Source of the DNA: a virus
IMG/VR virus record: IMGVR_UViG_3300044988_000363
Strand: one strand, 5' to 3'
DNA: 64,000 nt
Each line of letters opens with the position of its first letter. Position 1 is the stretch's first letter. Below, piece after piece: positions 41,381 through 49,209 of the stretch. The translations under genes were made by a program, and so were the position numbers. The notes beneath the pieces are model-generated. The model did no database searches. It worked only from the letters and a program-made list of their open reading frames with translations, and was not told the DNA's origin.

Positions 41381-42142
41381 ATGGAAGAAGAAACAACAAC
41401 ACGTCGATTAACTCGTAAAGAAAAAAGACTTCTTCGCCAACAAGGAAAACAACCGAAAGAAAATTATCAAGAGAAATTAAATTTTAATCTAAAACATTTT
41501 CATCCTCTTACACAGAATCAGAAGTTAGCATTTGATTCATTTGATGATGATAAAAATTTAATGCTCCATGGTATTGCCGGAACAGGCAAATCTTTTATGG
41601 CATTATATCTTTCTTTAAAACAGATCCTCAGCGATCCTGAATGTATTTACAAGAAAGTTGTTATTGTAAGATCGGTTGTTCCTACCAGAGATATGGGATT
41701 CCTTCCTGGTAGCGACAGAGAAAAGACTAAAGTATATGAAGCGCCTTACTACGCCATTTGCACAGAATTATTTGGTCGTGGTGATGCGTATGAATACCTA
41801 AAAAGAAGAAATGTTATTGAGTTTATCTCTACCTCTTTTATTAGAGGTATTACGCTTAACGATTGTATCGTTGTTGTTGATGAAATGCAGAATGCTACTC
41901 TTCACGAGCTAGATTCTGTTATTACTCGTATTGGTCATAATTGTAAAGTTGTATTCTGTGGAGACTTTAGACAGTCTGACTTCACAAGAGAGCACGAGAA
42001 GAACGGGTTGACTGATTTCATGCGTGTCGTAAAGAACATGAGATCTTTTGATTTGATTGAATTTAATGCAGAGGATATCGTAAGATCTGCTCTTGTTAAA
42101 GAATATATAATACTGAAGGATAAAATGAGAATTGTCACGTAA
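41381..42142 (+). CDS. phoH: PhoH-family ATPase
   Basis: GIAGTGKS, GFLPG, FIRG, DEMQN, GDFRQSD. Confidence 0.92.
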   Translation: MEEETTTRRLTRKEKRLLRQQGKQPKENYQEKLNFNLKHFHPLTQNQKLAFDSFDDDKNLMLHGIAGTGKSFMALYLSLKQILSDPECIYKKVVIVRSVVPTRDMGFLPGSDREKTKVYEAPYYAICTELFGRGDAYEYLKRRNVIEFISTSFIRGITLNDCIVVVDEMQNATLHELDSVITRIGHNCKVVFCGDFRQSDFTREHEKNGLTDFMRVVKNMRSFDLIEFNAEDIVRSALVKEYIILKDKMRIVT

Positions 42143-42788
42143 ATTATTTAAACACAATCTAGTTCCAGAAGTGGAAATAGATACGAAGAACATTGATGGC
42201 AAAAGATATTATGTGTTACCGAGTGGAGAGAAATTTCGCTCGGTAACAACCGTATTAGATGGAGCACTAGACAAAACAGCATTAATGGAGTGGAAGAAAC
42301 GTGTCGGAGAAGAAGAGGCTCAGAAGATTTCTACACAGGCTGCTCGTCGTGGAACCGCCGTACACTCAATCGCCGAGCGTTATGTCCTCAATGAAGAGGA
42401 CCATCTTCGGGGTGCTATGCCTTCTGGAATTGATGCTTTTAAAGGTATTCAAACGCTCTTAGACAAATACGTAGATAATATCCTAGGTATCGAACTCCCT
42501 CTCTATTCTACTGTTTTAAAAACAGCAGGTAGATGCGACTTGATCGCAGAGTTTGATGGCGTCCCTTCTATAGTTGATTTTAAAACAAGCCGTAAACTTA
42601 AAAAAGAAGAGTGGATCACCAGTTATTTTTTACAGACAGCTTGTTACGCTATGATGTTTTCTTGGATGTATAAAATAACAATTCCTCAAATAGTTGTGAT
42701 GATAGCAGTAGACCATGAAAGCCCACAGCTTTTTGTTAAAGATACAAAGGATTATGTAGAAGAAGTTCTAAGAATTTTCAGAACTTAA
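42132..42788 (+). CDS. PD-(D/E)xK exonuclease
   Basis: SVTTVL, RGTAVH, AGRCD, DFKTS, YFLQ..CYA. Confidence 0.85.
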   Translation: MSRKLFKHNLVPEVEIDTKNIDGKRYYVLPSGEKFRSVTTVLDGALDKTALMEWKKRVGEEEAQKISTQAARRGTAVHSIAERYVLNEEDHLRGAMPSGIDAFKGIQTLLDKYVDNILGIELPLYSTVLKTAGRCDLIAEFDGVPSIVDFKTSRKLKKEEWITSYFLQTACYAMMFSWMYKITIPQIVVMIAVDHESPQLFVKDTKDYVEEVLRIFRT

Positions 42789-43226
42789 TTTTTGTTCTCT
42801 TTTTAATCTACAAGTTTCTTTTATCTTAGCTTTACGTTCTTCCGTACAAGGTCTTCCTTTTAAAGCTATAGAAACTTTTTCTCCAACTTCTTTAGGTCTC
42901 TTTCTTCCTGAAAGAGTTTTAGATATCTTTTCTTTAACTGCTTCTTTTCTAGGAACGCCTTTTCTTTTTTTATTTGCGGCAATTATGTTTTCGAAACTTT
43001 TTTGTTTGCCATTTTTTATTCCATCAGAAATATTTTTTCTGTGTTGTTTTGTTTTTATTTTGCCTTTATTTGATTCAGAAATTAGTTTCTTGGTTTCTTC
43101 TGTGTGAGGAATACCGCTATTCCATCCAGAAGATATTTGAATAGTTTGCCAAGGTTCTAATGGAGGTATTTCATATTCTAATGGCGGAAGACCTAGTGCC
43201 TTCCCTATAGGGTCATAAATATCCAT
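42768..43226 (-). CDS. NUMOD3-repeat protein with no recognisable nuclease domain
   Basis: HTEETKKLIS, KQHRKNIS, EAVKEKIS, EVGEKVS, TEERKAKI repeats. Confidence 0.75.
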   Translation of the reverse strand: MDIYDPIGKALGLPPLEYEIPPLEPWQTIQISSGWNSGIPHTEETKKLISESNKGKIKTKQHRKNISDGIKNGKQKSFENIIAANKKRKGVPRKEAVKEKISKTLSGRKRPKEVGEKVSIALKGRPCTEERKAKIKETCRLKREQKLSSENS

Positions 43227-43292
43227 GCTGGACCTCCGTGTAAGGTTTAGAGTAGGTAGGGATTGCCTTCCCGTGACCTACACTTATTTATA
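43224..43292 (-). promoter_or_regulatory. repeated late-promoter/two-hairpin leader, copy 2
   Basis: TATAAATA-AGTGTAGGTCAC-GGGA-AGGCAA-TCCC-TACCTACTCT-AA-ACCT-TACACGG-AGGT-CCAGC-ATG. Confidence 0.85.
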
Positions 43293-43304
43293 CAACAAAA
43301 GTCT

Positions 43305-43622
43305 TCATAAAACAACCAGAATAATAATTCCTAGTATAACTAAAGTCCAGAATAAATCGGAGAGGCTACCTTTAGCCTTTCTTCCTCTTTTTCTACTAAA
43401 CCCACCTGTAGTTTTACTCGTTACATACCATGAATTCGGCCCAACCTTCATAGATTGGGTCGTTCTGGATCTTCCAGTTTTTTGATTGGTCGAATAGGTA
43501 GTTCTCATATTACCTTTAAGACCAAAAGATGTAGAAGTAGTTACGCCTCTTTTACCACCCCATGAGGTAGTAGTTCTAACAGGCCCAACCTTCCTTGTGA
43601 TTCTAGTTCTTACATTTCCCAT
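43305..43622 (-). CDS. basic protein with C-terminal TM helix
   Basis: R/T/G-rich N-terminus, hydrophobic tail. Confidence 0.6.
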   Translation of the reverse strand: MGNVRTRITRKVGPVRTTTSWGGKRGVTTSTSFGLKGNMRTTYSTNQKTGRSRTTQSMKVGPNSWYVTSKTTGGFSRKRGRKAKGSLSDLFWTLVILGIIILVVL

Positions 43623-43637
43623 ACACCTATTTAGGCG

Positions 43638-44051
43638 TTAGCACCACAAGGTTCCGTAAGAGTCCTCTTCATCTAGAGAGAATACAGTTTTCTTGATGCC
43701 GAAATGTTCGATGGCTTTCTGACATCCCGGACAAGGTTCCGCCCTACCACTTACCCAGTTCATGTCTCCTTTGTGCTTGCGCTTTACACGATAGACATAT
43801 AGAGTGGCATTCTTAAGATCTTCTTCGTCGACAATCTTCAATGCTTTGATAATGCAATCTACCTCTGCATGTTTAAAGATCGCATCGTTATTCTTTGCGA
43901 ATCTTTTCTGCAGAGGGTGAGATTTGTCGGAGTTTAGTCCAACTGAAATAATCTCGTTACGGATAACGAGACAAGCAGCGAGTTTCATTTTCATGTTGTT
44001 GGAAGTGGCGAGTCTACGGACAAAGTCCATATATTTCTTGTCGCGAGTCAT
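43638..44051 (-). CDS. zinc-dependent cytidine/dCMP deaminase superfamily protein
   Basis: HAE...PCPGC; start set at MTRDKKY after GAGGA. Confidence 0.85.
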   Translation of the reverse strand: MTRDKKYMDFVRRLATSNNMKMKLAACLVIRNEIISVGLNSDKSHPLQKRFAKNNDAIFKHAEVDCIIKALKIVDEEDLKNATLYVYRVKRKHKGDMNWVSGRAEPCPGCQKAIEHFGIKKTVFSLDEEDSYGTLWC

Positions 44052-44056
44052 AATAT

Positions 44057-44225
44057 AATCCTCGGGAGTTACTACCTTCTCCCAGTCACTATTTCGTTGA
44101 GACAGGTTTAGTGGATAAGACGGCATATCAGAGGACGTTCCAGGTTGCCTCTACCTATGTCTGTATAAAGCGATATGCCTACCTTATACAGTGAACGGAA
44201 AGTATCCATCTCTTTCCGTCGGATT
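44057..44225 (-). ncRNA. candidate pseudoknotted structured RNA
   Basis: AATCC/GGATT closure, five hairpins, loop GGCATATC complementary to downstream GATATGCC. Confidence 0.6.
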
Positions 44226-44226
44226 T

Positions 44227-44301
44227 TGGAGCGGGCGACCAGATTCGAACTGGCGACCAACAGTTTGGAAGACTGTGACTCTACCCCTGAGTTACACCCG
44301 C
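44227..44301 (-). tRNA. tRNA-Gly(UCC)
   Basis: cloverleaf, CCA. Confidence 0.9.
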
Positions 44302-44423
44302 ATTAACCAAATGTATATAGGTCTTGTAATACAAAACCAGCGACAATCATCAATAAAAAGAAACAAACGATCTTGATAATTGCCGAAATTTTATGTTGTT
44401 CTTCAGTCATAATACATCCTTTT

Positions 44424-44498
44424 TGGCTCGGGATCATGGACTCGAACCACGAATGTCGGAGTCAGAATCCGAAGTTTTACCAATTAAACTAATCCCGA
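44424..44498 (-). tRNA. tRNA-Gln(CUG)
   Basis: cloverleaf, CCA. Confidence 0.9.
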
Positions 44499-44499
44499 A

Positions 44500-44575
44500 T
44501 GGTGCTGGCAGCAGGAGTCGAACCCACGACCTTCTCATTACAAGTGAGTTGCTCTACCGTCTGAGCTATGCCAGC
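44500..44575 (-). tRNA. tRNA-Thr(UGU)
   Basis: cloverleaf, CCA. Confidence 0.9.
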
Positions 44576-44576
44576 A

Positions 44577-44990
44577 TTAGTAAGCAGGAACCATACAACT
44601 CTGAACCAGATCTGCTCCACCGAATAGCTGGCCAAACAAATCATAAGGATCAACATACATTGCACAGTTTCCAGAAGTTGCCACAGGAACATTAGTTGGA
44701 TATCCCGGAGGCGAATAGATGTTAGAAGCTTCTGGTGTTGGTACTGAATTATAAACAGGAACCAACGGTGCAGGTTGAACAGGAACTACTACTGGAACCA
44801 TAACTGTAGAGCTAATAGGACCAGGACCAGCAGGAACATACTCAACTGCAACAGGAACCTGAACAGTCTTTACAACTTTCTTTACTGGCTGCTGGTATGT
44901 AATCTTACAGTTATTACATACACTAATATTATCCTGCGCATAAGCAGGAACAGCCAATACAATCCCTAGAGCAACTAGAAACTTTCTCAT
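44577..44990 (-). CDS. secreted Pro/Val-rich hypothetical protein
   Basis: signal peptide ending AYA. Confidence 0.6.
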   Translation of the reverse strand: MRKFLVALGIVLAVPAYAQDNISVCNNCKITYQQPVKKVVKTVQVPVAVEYVPAGPGPISSTVMVPVVVPVQPAPLVPVYNSVPTPEASNIYSPPGYPTNVPVATSGNCAMYVDPYDLFGQLFGGADLVQSCMVPAY

Positions 44991-44992
44991 TG

Positions 44993-45277
44993 TTACCACC
45001 CGTAGTAATAACCATTCCCAGGATAATAGTAATATGGCGAATTAGCGTATGGATAACGAGGACCATAGTAATATGGATAAGGATTATATCCATAACCCTG
45101 CGAAGCAATTGCGCCGCCGATTACTCCTCCGAGAATAGCAGCACCAGCCATGGCACCATAAGCTGCGCCATAACCACCGTAACCATATCCACCGTAGTAT
45201 CCACCACGATACCAAGCATTAGCCGGAGTCGTAATAACGCTACCGAGGATAACTAAAGCAGCAACAATCTTCTTCAT
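44993..45277 (-). CDS. secreted Gly/Tyr-rich protein
   Basis: signal peptide ending ANA, glycine-zipper GAAILGGVIGGAIA. Confidence 0.65.
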   Translation of the reverse strand: MKKIVAALVILGSVITTPANAWYRGGYYGGYGYGGYGAAYGAMAGAAILGGVIGGAIASQGYGYNPYPYYYGPRYPYANSPYYYYPGNGYYYGW

Positions 45278-45342
45278 AGCTTTTCTCCATAAAGCGAACT
45301 GACCGTGGGTCCGCACGAGTCTATTTAGCGACCAACCTATAA

Positions 45343-45418
45343 TGGCTCCCGAGGAAGGGCTCGAACCTCCGACAAAGTCGTTAACAGCGACCTACTCTAC
45401 CAACTGAGTTACACGGGA
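45343..45418 (-). tRNA. tRNA-Asn(GUU)
   Basis: cloverleaf, CCA. Confidence 0.9.
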
Positions 45419-45486
45419 ATAATTCTTATATTCTTAGTATACCTTATTTAGTCAGAAAGTCAAATTCTTTTTTGACTGAGAGAGAA

Positions 45487-46224
45487 TTAACTGAAGGGAC
45501 ATTTCGATTCTCTTTTTTGATTTCTCTTATCAAGCTGGACGAATTTTCTCCACCCATAAAAACTTGTTTGAGAATGGAAAGACATTTTCTTCCACTCGTA
45601 TTCCGAAACCAAATGTTGTCTAATCTTTACCTTCTTTTCTGACAAAGGCACCATAATAGCCAAAGGAAGACCAATCGGAATGATAAATTCTGATGTGTAA
45701 TTCGGAATCATCATATTTATGTGAGTCGAAGAGTTTAACTTATAATCAACGACTCCAGGAAGAACTCTAAAATAGAAATCTTCTAAATTCCATTCAGCGC
45801 CAAGAAAAACAAACTTAACACCTGTCTTTTCTTTAAAAAACCATGGGCTAGTTAATTTCAAATGAAAATAATTTTTAAACCCTTCACCATATAATTGCTT
45901 ATCATGAATATCACAACCAGTGTCAAACGAAGCCCAAGTATCCATTCTGTTGTTAGCAATTTTAATAATTCTATCAGACCAGTTTTCTAGAACAATTCCT
46001 CGTTTATAAAGTTCAAGGAAACCAGAACATGTCTTCATATTTGCATTATTAAATGCTCTGTTGTTTACAATCCTATAGGGATTTCCCTCTGGCTTCCTAA
46101 GATTGTCCCACCATTCTGGTGTCGCTTTATAAGCATGAACAATAGGAGTTACCTCAAAAATCATACGATGCGCTGTGAAACAATCTATTGTTATCTCTGG
46201 ACTTCTTTTGAAGAATGAAAACAT
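45487..46224 (-). CDS. hypothetical protein inside tRNA array
   Basis: MKTCSG, KLTSPW, LPGVVDY, C-terminal KCPF. Confidence 0.7.
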   Translation of the reverse strand: MFSFFKRSPEITIDCFTAHRMIFEVTPIVHAYKATPEWWDNLRKPEGNPYRIVNNRAFNNANMKTCSGFLELYKRGIVLENWSDRIIKIANNRMDTWASFDTGCDIHDKQLYGEGFKNYFHLKLTSPWFFKEKTGVKFVFLGAEWNLEDFYFRVLPGVVDYKLNSSTHINMMIPNYTSEFIIPIGLPLAIMVPLSEKKVKIRQHLVSEYEWKKMSFHSQTSFYGWRKFVQLDKRNQKRESKCPFS

Positions 46225-46240
46225 AATATATTCTTTCTTT

Positions 46241-46314
46241 TGGTACTGGCACCAGGTATCGATCCTAGTCTACAAGATCCACAATCTCGTGTGCTACCTT
46301 TACACTATGCCAGC
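46241..46314 (-). tRNA. tRNA-His(GUG), no G-1, A73
   Basis: loop TTGTGGA; base -1 is T, discriminator A. Confidence 0.85.
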
Positions 46315-46317
46315 ATA

Positions 46318-46391
46318 TGGATCGGGGTCAGGGACTCGAACCCCGACATGCAGATTCAAAGTCTGCGGTTCTACCATTAAACTAACCCCGA
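46318..46391 (-). tRNA. tRNA-Gln(UUG)
   Basis: cloverleaf, CCA. Confidence 0.9.
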
Positions 46392-46398
46392 ACAATTT

Positions 46399-46490
46399 TG
46401 GTGCGTAGGGATGGATTCGAACCACCAATGTTACCGCAAAGGGAACGGATTTACAGTCCGTCGCAACACCACCGTCGTTGCCGCCTACGC
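46399..46490 (-). tRNA. tRNA-Tyr(GUA)
   Basis: long variable arm, CCA. Confidence 0.85.
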
Positions 46491-46495
46491 ATGTT

Positions 46496-46572
46496 TGGAG
46501 TCCCAGGAAGGATTCAAACCCTCAACCTTCGGTTCCGTAGACCGATGCTCTATTCAGTTGAGCTACTGAGAC
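46496..46572 (-). tRNA. tRNA-Arg(ACG)
   Basis: cloverleaf, CCA. Confidence 0.9.
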
Positions 46573-46573
46573 A

Positions 46574-46650
46574 TGGTGCCCTTGGTCAGATTCGAACTGA
46601 CACTTTGTTGATTTTGAGTCAACTGCCTCTGCCGATTGGGCTACAAGGGC
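46574..46650 (-). tRNA. tRNA-Leu(CAA), short variable loop
   Basis: 77 nt, 5-nt variable loop. Confidence 0.85.
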
Positions 46651-46807
46651 TTTTCTTGAACAATAATCAAAACTGGATAGCATGTTCTTTTAACAAGATA
46701 AATGCCAGGTTTCCAGTTAATAGGATTGTTGTTTTTTATTCTTACTGGTATTTCGCAATAAAAATCAACTCGTTTTGTGGATCCTATAATACCACCTACA
46801 TGTTTCA

Positions 46808-46883
46808 TGGTGCTTCCCCCTAGAATTAAACTAGATCCTCTCGTTCTTCAGACGAGCGTGCGCATCAGCTACACCAGAGAAGC
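46808..46883 (-). tRNA. tRNA-Phe(GAA), atypical T-loop
   Basis: loop CTGAAGA, T-loop TTTAATT. Confidence 0.75.
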
Positions 46884-46889
46884 ATTATA

Positions 46890-46985
46890 TGGTAGGCCAG
46901 GTAGGATTCGAACCTACTCGTTGTCTTTCATCCGGATTCATGGACAACAGCGTCTCGCCACGTCTTCCTATTCCGTCACTGACCT
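46890..46985 (-). ncRNA. tRNA-like RNA lacking a canonical anticodon arm
   Basis: intact acceptor stem, D-arm, T-arm and ACCA; anticodon arm reduced to GCG-AGA-CGC, extra GTTGTC/GACAAC arm. Confidence 0.7.
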
Positions 46986-46989
46986 ATAT

Positions 46990-47066
46990 TGGTGCCCCTG
47001 GTAAGATTCGAACTTACAACCTCCTGATTCTAAGTCAGGCATCTCTTCCAGTTGGACTACAGAGGC
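46990..47066 (-). tRNA. tRNA-Leu(UAG), short variable loop
   Basis: 77 nt, 5-nt variable loop. Confidence 0.85.
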
Positions 47067-47070
47067 ATAT

Positions 47071-47145
47071 TGGTACGGGATGACAGGGTTGAACTGCCGA
47101 CCTTCGCCGTGTAAAAGCGTTGCTCTACCACTGAGCTAATCCCGC
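47071..47145 (-). tRNA. tRNA-Val(UAC)
   Basis: loop TTTACAC, CCA. Confidence 0.85.
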
Positions 47146-47236
47146 ATATTATCTATCACCTAAATTCAAAAGGAATGCTAAGATTCCTATTGATATCCAT
47201 AACACAACGAGTAACTTTAACATACTCTGTCCTAAT

Positions 47237-47314
47237 TGGTCGGGGTAGCAGGATTCGAACCTGCGACCTACTGGTTCCAAACCAGCCACGCTAACCAGAC
47301 TGCGCTACACCCCG
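47237..47314 (-). tRNA. tRNA-Pro(UGG)
   Basis: cloverleaf, CCA. Confidence 0.9.
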
Positions 47315-47321
47315 AATATAT

Positions 47322-47397
47322 TGGATGCGAAGCGTTGGAATTGCACCAACTTCTACTGGTTTATGAGACCAGCGAGATACTATACCTCCCGCCCGCA
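47322..47397 (-). tRNA. tRNA-Met(CAU), atypical
   Basis: loop CTCATAA; T-loop TGCAATT, irregular acceptor stem. Confidence 0.65.
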
Positions 47398-47404
47398 AAA
47401 CTCT

Positions 47405-47479
47405 TGGTGCTGATAGTTGGAATCAAACCAACCTGAAACGCCTTATGAGAGCGCCTCGACATCTTGCCGACCTATCAGC
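47405..47479 (-). tRNA. tRNA-Met(CAU), atypical D-arm
   Basis: loop CTCATAA, CCA. Confidence 0.7.
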
Positions 47480-47483
47480 GAAA

Positions 47484-47557
47484 TGGCACCAGTGGAAGGA
47501 GTCGAACCCTCGCCTGCTGTTTTGGAGACAGCCGTGCTACCGTAACACTTCACTGAT
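47484..47557 (-). tRNA. tRNA-Trp(CCA)
   Basis: cloverleaf, CCA. Confidence 0.88.
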
Positions 47558-47559
47558 AA

Positions 47560-47649
47560 TGGCGGAGTGGTGGCGGAATCGAACCCCTGGCCTTTCGGCT
47601 CTACTGGTTTTCAAGACCAGACTAGTATCCCCGACTAGATACGCACTCC
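47560..47649 (-). tRNA. tRNA-Ser(UGA)
   Basis: long variable arm, G73. Confidence 0.85.
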
Positions 47650-47664
47650 ATTTTTATTTAAACT

Positions 47665-47740
47665 TGGTGGACCAGAGAGGAATCGAACCCCCGACCCTCT
47701 GAATGCAAATCAGATGCTCTCCCAACTGAGCTACTGGCCC
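47665..47740 (-). tRNA. tRNA-Ala(UGC)
   Basis: G3:U70, CCA. Confidence 0.92.
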
Positions 47741-47798
47741 GAAACGTATTCTATTTAGTAATATTACCGCATTTTAACAGACAAGTCAACAACTTTTT

Positions 47799-47889
47799 TG
47801 GCGGAGAGTGAGAGATTCGAACTCTCGGTAGACTTTCGCCCACGCTTCGTTAGCAGTGAAGTGCCTTAGACCAACTCGGCCAACTCTCC
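47799..47889 (-). tRNA. tRNA-Ser(GCU)
   Basis: long variable arm, G73. Confidence 0.9.
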
Positions 47890-47893
47890 AATT

Positions 47894-47985
47894 TGGTAGG
47901 CATGGTGGGACTCGAACCCACTGAAGAACACCCATCTGATGCTAAAGGCTTTATAAGAGCCTCCCCGCTACCCAGCGTCACGCCC
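47894..47985 (-). tRNA. tRNA with UAU anticodon (nominally Ile) and long variable arm
   Basis: AGGCT-CTTATAA-AGCCT, 24-nt variable region, ACCA. Confidence 0.7.
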
Positions 47986-48033
47986 AAACTTTGTAAACTT
48001 ATAAATACTAAGCAGCAGATGATTGAGGATACA

Positions 48034-48666
48034 ATGAAAGCATATACTTACACTATTACCCACATTTCTACTGGTAATATTTATTACGGAGTAAGAAAAT
48101 CGTCCATCGAAGATATTGGAGTGGACTACTTTTCTTCCTCTAAACTTATCAATCGCCTCATACAAGAGGATGGTATTGAAAACTTTTCATTTAAAGTTAG
48201 AAGAAAGTTCGATACATACGAAGATGCTCGTAAACACGAAACCAAGTTTCTTCAGAGAGTGAAAGCAGTATCTAATCCTAGGTTCTATAACCAAGCCATT
48301 TCTTCTCCGAGAGTGTGCAAGAAAGACTCACATTCAGAAGAAAAAAGAAAACAATCTATTTCAGAAACTATGAAACTGCTGTGGCAGTCAGAAGACTACA
48401 GAAATAGACAAAAATTCAACAAACTCTCTAAAGAAGAAAGATCTAAGAGAGGAAGAAAAGGCGGTCTTGCAACTGCTAAGACCAGAACCAAGAAACCCAA
48501 AAACAAACCTACTTACAGTGAAATCTTGATCGTCAAAGACGGTAAGACCAAAACAGTAAAAAGAAACCAAGTCCCAGCATACAGAAAGTATGGTTGGGAA
48601 AGGGCGAATGGCGACCCGTACGGGGATCGAACCCGTTATCTCTGGCGTGACAGGCCAGCGTCTTAA
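48034..48666 (+). CDS. Seg-like GIY-YIG homing endonuclease, antisense within tRNA array
   Basis: AYTYTITH...YYGVR, YFSSS, FYN; TATAAATA at 48000; start after GAGGA. Confidence 0.8.
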   Translation: MKAYTYTITHISTGNIYYGVRKSSIEDIGVDYFSSSKLINRLIQEDGIENFSFKVRRKFDTYEDARKHETKFLQRVKAVSNPRFYNQAISSPRVCKKDSHSEEKRKQSISETMKLLWQSEDYRNRQKFNKLSKEERSKRGRKGGLATAKTRTKKPKNKPTYSEILIVKDGKTKTVKRNQVPAYRKYGWERANGDPYGDRTRYLWRDRPAS

Positions 48667-48685
48667 CCAATTCGACTTACGAGCC
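48609..48685 (-). tRNA. tRNA-Asp(GUC)
   Basis: cloverleaf, G73, CCA. Confidence 0.88.
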
Positions 48686-48693
48686 ATTATAGC

Positions 48694-48831
48694 TTTCGGG
48701 CAGACGAGGACACACATTCGTCTCTTCTCTCACATTTGTTACAGCGCCGTGAATTAGCCGTATATACTTGCACCATATATCCGGTCCTATCATTTAGAAC
48801 GATAGGTATATGGCTACGTATGCACCCGAAA
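48694..48831 (-). ncRNA. candidate structured RNA between tRNA-Lys and tRNA-Asp
   Basis: TTTCGGG/CCCGAAA closure, TAGCC/GGCTA, CCTATC/GATAGG, AGACGA/TCGTCT. Confidence 0.55.
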
Positions 48832-48833
48832 CT

Positions 48834-48909
48834 TGGAGGATCCTCAGGGACTCGAACCCTGAACCTTGAGATTAAAAGTCTCTTGCTCTACCTATTGAGC
48901 TAAGGATCC
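48834..48909 (-). tRNA. tRNA-Lys(UUU)
   Basis: cloverleaf, CCA. Confidence 0.9.
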
Positions 48910-48916
48910 ATTATAT

Positions 48917-48994
48917 TGGTAGGGCGGATGGGACTCGAACCCACATTGCACAGATTGAAAGTCTGTTTTCCTAGGCCAATTAGAAGACCGCCCC
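48917..48994 (-). tRNA. tRNA-Glu(UUC)
   Basis: cloverleaf, CCA. Confidence 0.88.
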
Positions 48995-49050
48995 GTAACT
49001 TACACACTTAATATACCCTGAAAGAAAGTCAAAGTCAACTTCTTTCTGAA

Positions 49051-49126
49051 TGGTAGACCGAGAGGGGATCGAACCCACGACAAAGGGATTAAGAGTCCCC
49101 TGCTCTACCAACTGAGCTATCGGTCC
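49051..49126 (-). tRNA. tRNA-Lys(CUU)
   Basis: cloverleaf, CCA. Confidence 0.9.
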
Positions 49127-49132
49127 ATAAAC

Positions 49133-49208
49133 TGGTGCTGTAGGAGAGATTCGAACTCCCGACCTACTGATTACTAATCAGTTGCTCTACCAACTGAGCT
49201 ACTACAGC
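49133..49208 (-). tRNA. tRNA-Thr(AGU)
   Basis: ACTGA-TTAGTAA-TCAGT anticodon arm, otherwise canonical. Confidence 0.88.
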
Positions 49209-49209
49209 A

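Noticed and set aside
42132-42788. Cas4-like nuclease suggesting CRISPR
   Set aside because: No repeat-spacer array or other cas genes were seen; this exonuclease is common in T4-like phages.
44191-47702. Plus-strand ORFs across the tRNA array (e.g. 44393, 46398, 47236, 47445)
   Set aside because: They are antisense readings of tRNA genes, with no SD or protein motifs.
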